Shown here in pieces: positions 9,176 to 18,166 of a stretch of 37,346 nt of DNA (position 1 is the first letter of the stretch; each line of letters starts with the position of its first letter). This stretch comes from Promethearchaeota archaeon (GTDB lineage: Archaea > Asgardarchaeota > Lokiarchaeia > Sigyniarchaeales > SOKP01). The position numbers and the translations under genes were made by a program. The notes beneath the pieces are model-generated. The model saw only the letters and a program-made list of their open reading frames with translations, searched no databases and was not told the origin of the DNA. Where the stretch lies: NCBI GenBank assembly GCA_048938445.1, contig JBHLME010000033.1, forward strand, positions 1 to 37,346, read 5' to 3'.

Positions 9176-9906
9176 ATTTTTTTATCGGTTATGGCAAATT
9201 CCCTATTATTATTTTCCATTGTTTTATGTATTGATAATTTAAGGTTTTTTTTTAGGAACTTGTATGTTTCTGTCTCTTCTAAATTAAATATTTTTAAATA
9301 TTCATAAGCTAACATTAAATCTTTCATGATATCAACATCAAAACTAGCTCGAAAGGAATCATAAATGGCTATTTTTTCAATACCTTTTTCATTAGCAGCA
9401 TTAAATAATGCGATTAAAGAAGGGACTTTCGGATGTGAAAAATATGAATCCAATAAATCTGGTGGTTTTCTTCCCAAAACAGATATTCCAGCAGATTGAA
9501 TTGCTGGACACACGACTAAATTATTGGTTTTCATGAGTGAATTGATTTCAAGAAAATTTTGAGCTGAAATTAATACCAAATCTAAAAATGCAATAACAGT
9601 AGATTCGGGATCATATCGATCAATTATCAAGCGATCCAAATTTGTAATCATTCCATCAAATGACAGTGAGGGATTCTTTGGATATTCCTTGATCCCAACT
9701 AAATCATACTCTCCAGCCAATTTTAGTATTTCTTCGCTTTCACAATATACTATTTTCTCAGAAAAACATTTTATATTTAATAATGTATTCCCCAAATCTT
9801 TAAACATTGCTATTGTAAGCTCTTTTAACTGATTTCTAGATAGATAATTCTCAAGTCGAGATTTCGAACGATATAATGGTGCTATGGGTATTAATAATAA
9901 AGACAT
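9172..9906 (-). CDS. cofC: 2-phospho-L-lactate/PEP guanylyltransferase (CofC)-like protein, divergent
   Basis: IPIAPL..SKSRL..YLS......LTIAMFKD N-terminus and SFDVDIMKDL C-terminal motif match the CofC pattern (IPVK...AKSRL...; DVDTPEDL). Confidence 0.7.
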   Translation of the reverse strand: MSLLLIPIAPLYRSKSRLENYLSRNQLKELTIAMFKDLGNTLLNIKCFSEKIVYCESEEILKLAGEYDLVGIKEYPKNPSLSFDGMITNLDRLIIDRYDPESTVIAFLDLVLISAQNFLEINSLMKTNNLVVCPAIQSAGISVLGRKPPDLLDSYFSHPKVPSLIALFNAANEKGIEKIAIYDSFRASFDVDIMKDLMLAYEYLKIFNLEETETYKFLKKNLKLSIHKTMENNNREFAITDKKI

Positions 9907-10047
9907 TTCTTATAATAGGAATTTCTTAAAGGTTAAAAATATTTGATTTTAGAATTTAAAGTAGGTAGTAATATCTAAAATTTTTTATTTTAAGATTTTA
10001 ACATGATAAAGAACTTGAATAATTAAAGTAGTGTTAAAATCTTTTTT

Positions 10048-10599
10048 TTATTTTATCCTTATGGATAAAATTTTCAAAGCTAAGGTATTAAAAGCTAAAG
10101 TGACGTTTTCATTGGTTTTAGCAGAAGTCTCAAAATATTCTACATTATATTTACTAACTTTCTTTTTTATTTCATCTTCGCTTACTACTTTCTTTTTATC
10201 GCATTTATTCCCTATAATTACAAATGGTATATCTCCGGTGAGCGATGTCATTTTTTGTATCCAAAAATCGAGACTTTTAAATGATTCTTCATTGGATACA
10301 TCAAATACTACAAGTGCTCCTACTGCCTGGCTAAAATAATACTCCGTCGCAAAAAGTCTATCTTGTTGCCCCCCAATATCCCACCAATATATTTTTAATT
10401 CTTTAACATCTTTAAGATTATCTGAATCTGTAATTCCCTCTATTTTATCCATTAAATCGACTTCTTTGACCATAAAGTTAGCGCCTATTGTCTGCACGTA
10501 ATCTTCCTGGAAATTGTCATTAACATATCTATCAAGAAGGCTTGTTTTACCTACAGAGGCCTCCCCAATAATTAAACACTTGCCTCTCAGACCACTCAT
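10048..10599 (-). CDS. Rab-like small GTPase (Ras superfamily)
   Basis: G1 GEASVGKT, G2 QTIG, G3 WDIGGQ, G4 NKCD, G5 ETSAK. Confidence 0.93.
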   Translation of the reverse strand: MSGLRGKCLIIGEASVGKTSLLDRYVNDNFQEDYVQTIGANFMVKEVDLMDKIEGITDSDNLKDVKELKIYWWDIGGQQDRLFATEYYFSQAVGALVVFDVSNEESFKSLDFWIQKMTSLTGDIPFVIIGNKCDKKKVVSEDEIKKKVSKYNVEYFETSAKTNENVTLAFNTLALKILSIRIK

Positions 10600-10690
10600 A
10601 TTAATTCATTCTTTTATATTTTGTTGGTTTTTATAGTTGATTCAATATTAATTATTTTTTTAAATTTTTTTGTCAATAAAAATCATTTTT

Positions 10691-11551
10691 TTATTTAAAA
10701 TTCATGATTGAACTGGTGTGTTTTTTTTTTACTTTTTGTGTCAGAGCAATAAGTTTACATTGTGAGTTAATAAAATGCCTGAATAAATGTTCATATCCAA
10801 TTACTTGTTTATCCTTTCCATTTTCTAACCATAATCCTGAAGTATATTCAGGAGCTTCAGCAATTTGATCTAAAGTTGTCAAGAGAAAATCATTATCAGT
10901 GATTAACAATCCAAAGGGTATTACTGAATCTCCTTCAATGGAATGCATTACAATGTTAATCTTTAATAATTTTTTAATTTCATCCTTTAAAGTCTCTTGA
11001 TATTTTAAAGCAACAACAATTTGAATTGCTTCATTTGAAAATTTCTTGTTCCATAAATCTTTAAATATCCAATCCGTGGTACCTTTTGAAAAATCCTCCA
11101 TTAATAAATCTGGAGTAATCACGAAAAATATTCTCTTTTCAGCCTCATTAACTAAATCCTTGATCTTTTTTCTAATCTTTTCTCTAGAACTAATAGCCCA
11201 TACACGTGGTTCTGATTCTTCTTCATCAATTTTTAAATCAGCAATCTTTTTCTCAAGGTCCATAGTTTCAGAGATTTTCTGTTTATAATCTTCTCGAATT
11301 GATTTAAAAATTCTTTCAATGGGGATAACTTGATAATTAGCTCCTCTTTTAACAGGTTCTTTTTGAATGAATCCTTTTTCAATGAGGCGATTCAACGAAT
11401 CATATACTCTTGCACGGTCAACTCCAGAATTACGGGCTATATCTGCAGGACTTAAAATTTTGTATTTACATAAAGTCAATAAGACTTTAGAATCATTTTT
11501 TGTAAATCCTAGTTCCATCAAAGATTCTTCAATGTCCGCTTCCACGTGCAA
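10691..11551 (-). CDS. TrmB-family transcriptional regulator
   Basis: LMELGFTKNDSKV...ADIARNSGVDRARVYDSLNRLIEKGFI winged-HTH, followed by a TrmB-like effector domain (VWAISSREKI...AEKRIFF). Confidence 0.9.
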   Translation of the reverse strand: MHVEADIEESLMELGFTKNDSKVLLTLCKYKILSPADIARNSGVDRARVYDSLNRLIEKGFIQKEPVKRGANYQVIPIERIFKSIREDYKQKISETMDLEKKIADLKIDEEESEPRVWAISSREKIRKKIKDLVNEAEKRIFFVITPDLLMEDFSKGTTDWIFKDLWNKKFSNEAIQIVVALKYQETLKDEIKKLLKINIVMHSIEGDSVIPFGLLITDNDFLLTTLDQIAEAPEYTSGLWLENGKDKQVIGYEHLFRHFINSQCKLIALTQKVKKKHTSSIMNFK

Positions 11552-12055
11552 TTACCCTGTTGTTTCATTTTTATTTTAATTTATTAAAAAGCTCTTAAAT
11601 TAAAATTCTAAAATATTATATATATAATTTTTTTTTTTGTAAAAAATATATGATTGTTCATTGATTTAAATGTTTTGACAAGTGAATATAAATTAAATTA
11701 TATAGTGTTGCAAAAGGGTATATTTCATCTTTTGATGGTTTTCTTTAAAATTTCACGAATTTTTCATATAAAATAACATTACAACTATATCATTAAAATT
11801 TAATTTTTTATTTATAAAAATATCTAAAACCATTTATTTAGCATTAAATAAATTATCATGAAACCAAATTCATGTCGATTTGATCATGTTTAAGTATTAA
11901 TAAAATTTTTCATATTAATACAAAAAACTCCGCAATTTATCTCGTACAATCATTAAAATATTATTTTGTCGGTTAAGGCAAATTAACGATCTGATTCCCA
12001 CCAACTGAAAAAACAGTCATGAAAATTCCGAAATATATTGATTCGAACCATAATA

Positions 12056-12063
12056 TTTATATA
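12056..12063 (+). promoter_or_regulatory. Putative TATA box of the histone gene
   Basis: TTTATATA about 80 nt upstream of the histone ATG; GGAGG SD-like motif at 12129-12133. AT-rich background makes this uncertain. Confidence 0.4.
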
Positions 12064-12142
12064 TATTTATTGTTAAGTTATACTTAATAACTAAAATTAT
12101 TCTAAAAAAAAATTAATAAAAAGTAAGTGGAGGAGTAGGAAT

Positions 12143-12409
12143 ATGGCAAAAAAGAAACCTGCTGCTGCAAAACCAGCAAAAAAGAAAGCACCAGCAGCAA
12201 AAAAAGGGGAAGGATATATTGCGAAAGCCCCAATCAGAAGGTTAATGAAGAAGGAAGGTGCTGAGTTAGTTGCTGCAGAAGCTTTAGATAAATTGATTGA
12301 TTTCTTAGAGAAAGCTGCTGCTGATGCAACAAAAGATGCAATTAAAGTTTGCAAAGCAGACAAGCGAAAAAGAGTTACTGCTTCCGATATTAGAAACGCA
12401 ACTCGATAA
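12143..12409 (+). CDS. Archaeal histone (HMf-type fold) with Lys-rich N-terminal tail
   Basis: IAKAPIRRLMKKEGAELVA.EA...L...LE........A......KRKRVTASDI aligns with the HMfB fold; preceded by MAKKKPAAAKPAKKKAPAAKKG. Confidence 0.93.
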   Translation: MAKKKPAAAKPAKKKAPAAKKGEGYIAKAPIRRLMKKEGAELVAAEALDKLIDFLEKAAADATKDAIKVCKADKRKRVTASDIRNATR

Positions 12410-12426
12410 TACCTAAATTAATGTGA

Positions 12427-12448
12427 TTTTTTTTTTATATTTTTTTTT
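12427..12448 (+). terminator. Oligo(T) archaeal terminator after the histone gene
   Basis: Two long T runs starting about 18 nt after the stop codon. Confidence 0.5.
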
Positions 12449-12480
12449 AAAATAAATATTCAATAATTAAAGAAATCCCG

Positions 12481-13002
12481 CTAGTATTTCTCAAAAAATT
12501 CTTTATTTAAATAGTTATTTATGTTCTCTGAAATTTTTTTTTTTACTGATTCCAAACCTTCAACGCAAATTCTCGTCTTACCAACTATATCAATATAACC
12601 AAGTTCACTGCCATATCGAGGCACTATATGAAAGTGAACATGATCTATGCTTGCTCCAGCAGATCCTATTCCTTGATTCATTCCAATATTATATCCTTTT
12701 GGATTATAAATATCATCAATCATTAATTCTAGACCTTGAATCATACGTGATAAATGTACTAACTCTTGTTTATTTAAATCTGTATACTTTAAGACATGTC
12801 GTATTGGAACCACCATTAAATGTGCAGGATTATATGGATAAAGATTTAAAACGACAAAAGCCAGATTATCTTGATATACTTTTAAATTTTTGACTCGTTC
12901 ATCATCATCTCTTACAGAACATAAGATACAATCGACATCAGGTCGTTCTGTACCTTGCACGTAATCTAATTTTCCGAGTGCTCTTAACCAATTTTCAAAC
13001 AT
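12481..13002 (-). CDS. HIT-family nucleotide hydrolase/phosphorylase (Ap4A phosphorylase-like)
   Basis: CILC, LNLYPYNPAHLMVVP, GYNIGMNQG..AGASIDHVHFHIVPR histidine triad. Confidence 0.92.
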   Translation of the reverse strand: MFENWLRALGKLDYVQGTERPDVDCILCSVRDDDERVKNLKVYQDNLAFVVLNLYPYNPAHLMVVPIRHVLKYTDLNKQELVHLSRMIQGLELMIDDIYNPKGYNIGMNQGIGSAGASIDHVHFHIVPRYGSELGYIDIVGKTRICVEGLESVKKKISENINNYLNKEFFEKY

Positions 13003-13031
13003 TTTTCTTCCACCTATGAAAACGGATAGAT

Positions 13032-13544
13032 TTACGTATAAAGAGAGAAATCAGATCCAGAAGTAAAATCATCTTGAGAGACTTTTCCCATGCAATATTC
13101 CTGCAAAATCGTATTAGCATACATTGCTGTATTAAATACTTTCCGAATTCCCTTATATAATGAATTTTTCGAAATAGAACCATTCTTTTTGAGAAAAATT
13201 TGATCACTTATCTCAAATCTATTATTTTGTGCATCTATTCGGAAATATACATTTTTTGATAAAAATAATTTTCTCAAACTCATAAAAAAATGCATTTTTT
13301 TTTCCCCAATAGAATTAAGTGAATTCGCATGTTCTTGACTTATTTGAGTTCCAATTGAAATTATTATAAAATCTTTATTTTTCGGCATGAAAACATTTAA
13401 TTTATTACCAGTATTAAGCCCTGGAGGGAACGCTATTAGAAATCCGAATTCTAACTTAGGATTGGATAATTTTTCCCTTAAAATACCTTCATCCAAAAGG
13501 TATTCTTGAATCAGTTCTTTAATATTAATTTTATTATCTGACAT
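13032..13544 (-). CDS. DUF2299-like protein
   Basis: IQEYLLDEG N-terminus, isQEH, QIFL....SKNSL..GIRKV pattern recalled for archaeal DUF2299; co-oriented with the HIT gene. Confidence 0.65.
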   Translation of the reverse strand: MSDNKINIKELIQEYLLDEGILREKLSNPKLEFGFLIAFPPGLNTGNKLNVFMPKNKDFIIISIGTQISQEHANSLNSIGEKKMHFFMSLRKLFLSKNVYFRIDAQNNRFEISDQIFLKKNGSISKNSLYKGIRKVFNTAMYANTILQEYCMGKVSQDDFTSGSDFSLYT

Positions 13545-13634
13545 TTTTCTTCAATAAATTAAAGAGTGCAACAATAAATAAATATTTTAAACTTTGAGAT
13601 GTGTATAATGTAATTTTTTTCCTCAAAAGACAGA

Positions 13635-14000
13635 TTAATACTTACCTCTCGGCCGAACTTGAGGTTCAATACCCGCTTGTATCATTTTTTCAACATTAGC
13701 TTCAAGTTCTGCTACGGATGTACAATATAATACGTCTTGTTCTGGAAGACTTATTAGAATGGTTCCTACAATTCCCATTCCCATGATTTTATTACCCTTT
13801 CCAATGAAAGTATTGTCAATCCCCATTTTAATAGCTTGCTTACCATCTTCAAGTTCTACTAATTGAGGTTTACAAGCAGTATAACCTGGACCCACATGTT
13901 GAAGCAAATAATTCATGAGGGCATAATCTAACTCATCGCTAATTTCCCCTTTTTCTTGGAGAATTTTTACTATTTTTGGAATTTGTAAAGGAACTGACAT
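13635..14000 (-). CDS. Hypothetical protein
   Basis: 121-aa ATG ORF with coding-like composition, in a run of minus-strand genes; no family recognised. Confidence 0.75.
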   Translation of the reverse strand: MSVPLQIPKIVKILQEKGEISDELDYALMNYLLQHVGPGYTACKPQLVELEDGKQAIKMGIDNTFIGKGNKIMGMGIVGTILISLPEQDVLYCTSVAELEANVEKMIQAGIEPQVRPRGKY

Positions 14001-14036
14001 TTTTTCCCCTGTTATTGTTTAATATATTATAATATT

Positions 14037-14050
14037 AAAAAAAAAAAAAA
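14037..14050 (-). terminator. Oligo(T) terminator after the DUF211 gene
   Basis: A14 run on + (T14 on -) directly abutting the TGA stop at 14051. Confidence 0.5.
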
Positions 14051-14308
14051 TCATTTCCAATTTTCTATTAGTACTTTATCTACGGAATGAAGAGCACAAT
14101 TATTAGCTTCCAATGTCTCTGTAATCTCTTCTATTGAAATAGCTCCTGATCCTGCAATAACGATGGTAATAGAGGTAGTCTTTTGATCTATTTCTTCTAC
14201 TCTTATTTCTACCATCTTAACACCATCTAATTTTTCTAAAGTTCGAGCAAGCATGTCGATTGAGGGTTGATGTGGTTTTAAGACATCTAGATGATACTCT
14301 ACACGCAT
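14051..14308 (-). CDS. DUF211 family protein
   Basis: LDVLKPHQPS...L..LDGV..V.I.V.EID......I......I...LE.....LHSVDKV is the DUF211 pattern. Confidence 0.85.
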   Translation of the reverse strand: MRVEYHLDVLKPHQPSIDMLARTLEKLDGVKMVEIRVEEIDQKTTSITIVIAGSGAISIEEITETLEANNCALHSVDKVLIENWK

Positions 14309-14420
14309 GTATTAGATTACCTATTTTTATTTTATGATTTTTTTTTGTTTAATTGTATTTCGTAATAATTCTTATTTAAATATATAAATAACGTGTCTGA
14401 TATTAAAATTTTATTAAGAT

Positions 14421-15107
14421 TTAAATAAGATTTTCAATAGCTTGAATTAATTTGGATGGGATGTCCTTTTCTTCTATAATTACATCTGCTATATTTAGAC
14501 TATCCACTTTAGCCATTTTAGAATGAATAGCTATAGAATGGGCACCTACTTTTTGTGCTCCTTGGATGTCTCGGAAGTGGTCTCCTATTACAATAATTTG
14601 AGTTGCTTTAACATTTAACTGATTACAGATATAATTCAAGTGTTCAGGATGAGGTTTCGGATTATCAATCGAGTCTCTCCCAGCTATAATGTCAAAAAAA
14701 TGCAATAATTGTACTTTTTCAAGTGAAATTTTTGCATTAATAGTATGATTGTAAGTATATATCGCTTGTTTTAATTGTTGTCTTTTAATATACTTGAGGA
14801 CCTCATCAATCCCTTTTATCATTGAAGCTTTTATTGCCGCTTCTTGTTCTATTGCTATTACTTTTTGGTCAACTTCTTTAATGATTAATTCAATCTCATT
14901 TTCTTTCATTCCTCTAGACCTAAACATTTTTTTAGCCTTTTGCATCGTGTCAACAATTCCGGTTTCTAGAGAAAGGATATCATCAGGGATCCCATAATTC
15001 TTTAAGATAGTAAAAGCTTCTTTACGAGCTCTTAAAAAATCAATTTTAAAGTCTATAAGTGTCCCGTCTAAATCCCATATAACTGCTTTAATTAAATTTT
15101 TTACCAT
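14421..15107 (-). CDS. HAD-superfamily hydrolase (phosphoglycolate phosphatase-like)
   Basis: Motif I WDLDGTL, motif II T, KPHPEHL, motif IV IGDHFRDIQGA. Confidence 0.92.
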   Translation of the reverse strand: MVKNLIKAVIWDLDGTLIDFKIDFLRARKEAFTILKNYGIPDDILSLETGIVDTMQKAKKMFRSRGMKENEIELIIKEVDQKVIAIEQEAAIKASMIKGIDEVLKYIKRQQLKQAIYTYNHTINAKISLEKVQLLHFFDIIAGRDSIDNPKPHPEHLNYICNQLNVKATQIIVIGDHFRDIQGAQKVGAHSIAIHSKMAKVDSLNIADVIIEEKDIPSKLIQAIENLI

Positions 15108-15677
15108 TTAATACACCAAGTCGGAATATATGGGCCCTTTTGGAGTCAGTACTGACTTTTTCAACTTAATTTCACCTATATTATAACTTCCAAACTCCTT
15201 TTCTTTATTCTCTTTAATTATGTTTTTAAAACTTTCAAAAGTCTTGTAATCGATTCTTTTTTTATTTAATCTCCCAATTGTTAGATGTGGTTTAAATTGT
15301 GGTCTTTTATCCCTTTCTAGATTTAATTTTTTATTTAACAGGTCTTCAAGTGTATCCTTAATTGTTTGGAGCAATGATATATTACCAATTAATTTTACCC
15401 ATATTATAGAAAATCTATTAAACTGCCCAACTCCTTTAAGATCATACTTAAAAGTCTTTCCTTGAAAAAATTTTTCATTTACTTCTTTGATAATATCAAA
15501 TATTTTTGGCGCAAGTGATTCAGTAATATCTCCTAAGAATTTTATAGTCATATGAAGATTTTCAGGTTCAACTGTTTTGATTTTTGGTTGATTTTTTTTA
15601 ATCCGCAAGGAAAAATCCTTGATATTATCGATTGTTTCTTTATCTTTCAGTTCTATGGCAATGAAACTTCTAATCAT
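15108..15677 (-). CDS. thpR: RNA 2',3'-cyclic phosphodiesterase (2H phosphoesterase, LigT/ThpR)
   Basis: RSFIAIEL, NLHMTIKFLG and FKPHLTIGR (two HxT motifs), KSVLTPKGPIY. Confidence 0.93.
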   Translation of the reverse strand: MIRSFIAIELKDKETIDNIKDFSLRIKKNQPKIKTVEPENLHMTIKFLGDITESLAPKIFDIIKEVNEKFFQGKTFKYDLKGVGQFNRFSIIWVKLIGNISLLQTIKDTLEDLLNKKLNLERDKRPQFKPHLTIGRLNKKRIDYKTFESFKNIIKENKEKEFGSYNIGEIKLKKSVLTPKGPIYSDLVY

Positions 15678-16563
15678 TTTCTTTTTTCTCTTTTTTTCGC
15701 ATTTTCACGTTCTTCTGTTGTTCTACGATTACATTACCAATGAATTGGGTTGTTGAATATGCAGATTCTGCTTCTCCAAGAGTGACACCATCCAAATCTT
15801 CTTTTATTTTCTCAGCCTCTTCAGCAGAAAAAGCCATTTCCGTTTGAACATAATCAGTAGCACTCATTTTATGGCGTTTTGTTCTTAATTCTGCTCTCTG
15901 GAGATAGTAATGGCTAGTCATGTGCAACACGGTCCCATCATCTCCATATTTAAAAGTAATTACAATAGGAGCTTCACCATATTTTTCTTCCATTTCCTTA
16001 CTCGTAATTAAAACTTTTATTTTCTCCTTATCTATGATCTTGATCGGATAGGAAGAACTTTCAAGCCACCATATTGGCTCCTCCTCAGCTTTAAATAATC
16101 CTTCTAAAAATTTATTATCCTTGTCAACAACTTGTACGGCAACACAATCATCCCCCGTTGGATGTTGATTATACTGGATAAATTCAGGAAATATTTTTTC
16201 AAGAATATTTAACAAAGCCCAATCAGTCGTGAATAAGAATCCTCCCCTTTTAACAAAGTCTTTTATTTTATCCAATCCTTCACTTATGTTCCCCGGACAA
16301 TTAATGATTAAAATTTGCTCTGGTTTCAATTCTATTTGAGCAACTTGATAGGGTTGAATTAAAATATAAGGAACCTTGATTAAATCTAAAACGAGTTCAA
16401 TCTTATCATATTCTCCAGCAACAATAATGATAGATGAATCTTTTACTTTATCTAAGAGTTCTAAATCTTCGGGTCTTTCTTTTTCCATCCTTTTTCTCAT
16501 AATTTTTGAAGAAGCTTTATAAGCTTGCTCCATGTTTTTAAAATCTCCCATTAATGTCACCAT
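15670..16563 (-). CDS. Uncharacterised protein, possible class I glutamine-amidotransferase-like fold
   Basis: LIINCPG...KIKDFVKRGGFLFTTDWAL resembles the 'FV..GG.L' strand of GATase-like domains; overlaps thpR by 8 nt. Confidence 0.7.
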   Translation of the reverse strand: MVTLMGDFKNMEQAYKASSKIMRKRMEKERPEDLELLDKVKDSSIIIVAGEYDKIELVLDLIKVPYILIQPYQVAQIELKPEQILIINCPGNISEGLDKIKDFVKRGGFLFTTDWALLNILEKIFPEFIQYNQHPTGDDCVAVQVVDKDNKFLEGLFKAEEEPIWWLESSSYPIKIIDKEKIKVLITSKEMEEKYGEAPIVITFKYGDDGTVLHMTSHYYLQRAELRTKRHKMSATDYVQTEMAFSAEEAEKIKEDLDGVTLGEAESAYSTTQFIGNVIVEQQKNVKMRKKEKKEND

Positions 16564-16702
16564 ATTCCTTTTTAAAATATAGAAGAAATCAATGTTTAAA
16601 TAATTAAGTAGATTGAAGCAAACAGATAAATAGGTAAATTGAACTACTAATAATGTTAGAAATTCAATAAAAACTTGAAAATATGTAAGGAATTGATAAG
16701 AT

Positions 16703-17812
16703 ATGGATGTGGATAAATCACATGTTTATGAAGAATTGAGGGCACATATAGATACATTTCCAATTGGATTTCCTACAACTAAATCAGGAGTGGAATTGGA
16801 GATTTTAAAATATCTTTTTACACCTGAAGAAGCAAAAATAGCTTCTAATCTCAAGTTTTCTTGGTCTAGAGATCTGGAATCCTTAAATACAATTTATGAA
16901 CGCATGAAAAATACTGGAATTTCACGTGAAGAGCTAGAGACAAATTTAGATAATATGATAAAAAAGGGAACGATACATTTTAAAAAGGAGGGAAATGATA
17001 AATACTATTCAAATGCCCAGTTTTTGATAGGAATCTATGAATTTCAAGTAAATAGGCTTAATGAAGAATTCCTTAAAAACCATTTTAAATATCTAACAGA
17101 AGGTATGGGTATGGAAGTATTTGGAACGAAAATTCCTCAGTTTAGGACTGTTCCTGTAGAAAAAAGCATAACACCTGAACATCACGTTCCAACCTATGAT
17201 CAACTAAAAAAAATAATCGAGACTGTTGAGGGTCCTCTCGGTGTTATTGAATGTATTTGTCGTCAAGCCACTGATTTATTAGGATCTCCGTGTAAGGCAA
17301 CAAATAGACGCGAAATATGCATGGGATTTGGCCCAATGGCTCAATTATATTTAGAAAGAAGAGAAGCTCGTGAAATTTCAAGAGAAGAAGCATTAGAAAT
17401 ACTAAGGAAAAATGAACAAGAAGGTTTAGTTCTTCAAGCAGGTAATTCCCTAAGACCACACTTTATATGTAGTTGTTGCGGTTGTTGCTGTCCAGTATTA
17501 AGAGGTACTAAAAATTTCCCTCGTCCAGTTCAGTTCTTCTCTGCTAACTTTACAGCACAAGTAGATGCAGAGTTATGTTCTGGATGTGGAACTTGTGTAA
17601 ACAGATGTCAGATGAACGCGATTAAGATAGTAAAAGATGTCTCTAAGGTAAATTGGAAAAAATGTATTGGATGTGGTAATTGTGTGCCAACCTGTCCTGA
17701 GGAAGCAATTTCTCTCAAGAAAAAAGAAAAAGAGATTGAACCTTATCCTACAATGGATGCATTATATGATGGTATACTTGAAAAGAAATTAGAATTAAAG
17801 GGTAAAAACTAA
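16703..17812 (+). CDS. 4Fe-4S binding protein (N-terminal wHTH-like region, Cys-rich CICR...CSCCGCCC core, C-terminal 2x[4Fe-4S] ferredoxin)
   Basis: CICR, ICSCCGCCC, CSGCGTCVNRC, CIGCGNCVPTCP. Confidence 0.9.
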   Translation: MDVDKSHVYEELRAHIDTFPIGFPTTKSGVELEILKYLFTPEEAKIASNLKFSWSRDLESLNTIYERMKNTGISREELETNLDNMIKKGTIHFKKEGNDKYYSNAQFLIGIYEFQVNRLNEEFLKNHFKYLTEGMGMEVFGTKIPQFRTVPVEKSITPEHHVPTYDQLKKIIETVEGPLGVIECICRQATDLLGSPCKATNRREICMGFGPMAQLYLERREAREISREEALEILRKNEQEGLVLQAGNSLRPHFICSCCGCCCPVLRGTKNFPRPVQFFSANFTAQVDAELCSGCGTCVNRCQMNAIKIVKDVSKVNWKKCIGCGNCVPTCPEEAISLKKKEKEIEPYPTMDALYDGILEKKLELKGKN

Positions 17813-17846
17813 CAATATTTTTTTTTAATTCATTATTCAAGGAATA

Positions 17847-18014
17847 TTAATTTCTTTCTAACTTAATCGAACAATCATCTTCGTTAGCACAACCACCAAA
17901 TCTCGTTCCTTTTATTTCAGATTGGCACTTTGGACACATTGATTTTCCATTATACTCACCTTCTCCTTCGAATTTGAATGAAGTGATAGTGCTACAAATT
18001 ATGCATTTCTCCAT
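17847..18014 (-). CDS. Small zinc-finger protein (55 aa), absent from the supplied ORF track
   Basis: Manual translation: MEKCIICSTITSFKFEGEGEYNGKSMCPKCQSEIKGTRFGGCANEDDCSIKLERN*; two CxxC motifs; fills an otherwise empty gap and is GC-richer than its flanks. Confidence 0.7.
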   Translation of the reverse strand: MEKCIICSTITSFKFEGEGEYNGKSMCPKCQSEIKGTRFGGCANEDDCSIKLERN

Positions 18015-18166
18015 TGTACCTAAATTATAATTAGAATTTTACTAAATTTAACTAATTTGAAATACTTTTTATCTTTTGATCCAATTTTAATAAAAAAAAA
18101 ATAAATTAAATACATCTTATATCTTAAAAAAATATTGTAAAATAATTCAAAAAGAGTGATAAAAAA

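Noticed and set aside
11552-12142. Possible replication origin in the long AT-rich gap
   Set aside because: No ORB-like G-string repeats and no cdc6/orc1 gene nearby
12097-12363. 88-aa Ala/Phe-rich minus-strand ORF
   Set aside because: Antisense shadow of the histone gene; its composition mirrors the histone's Lys/Ala codons
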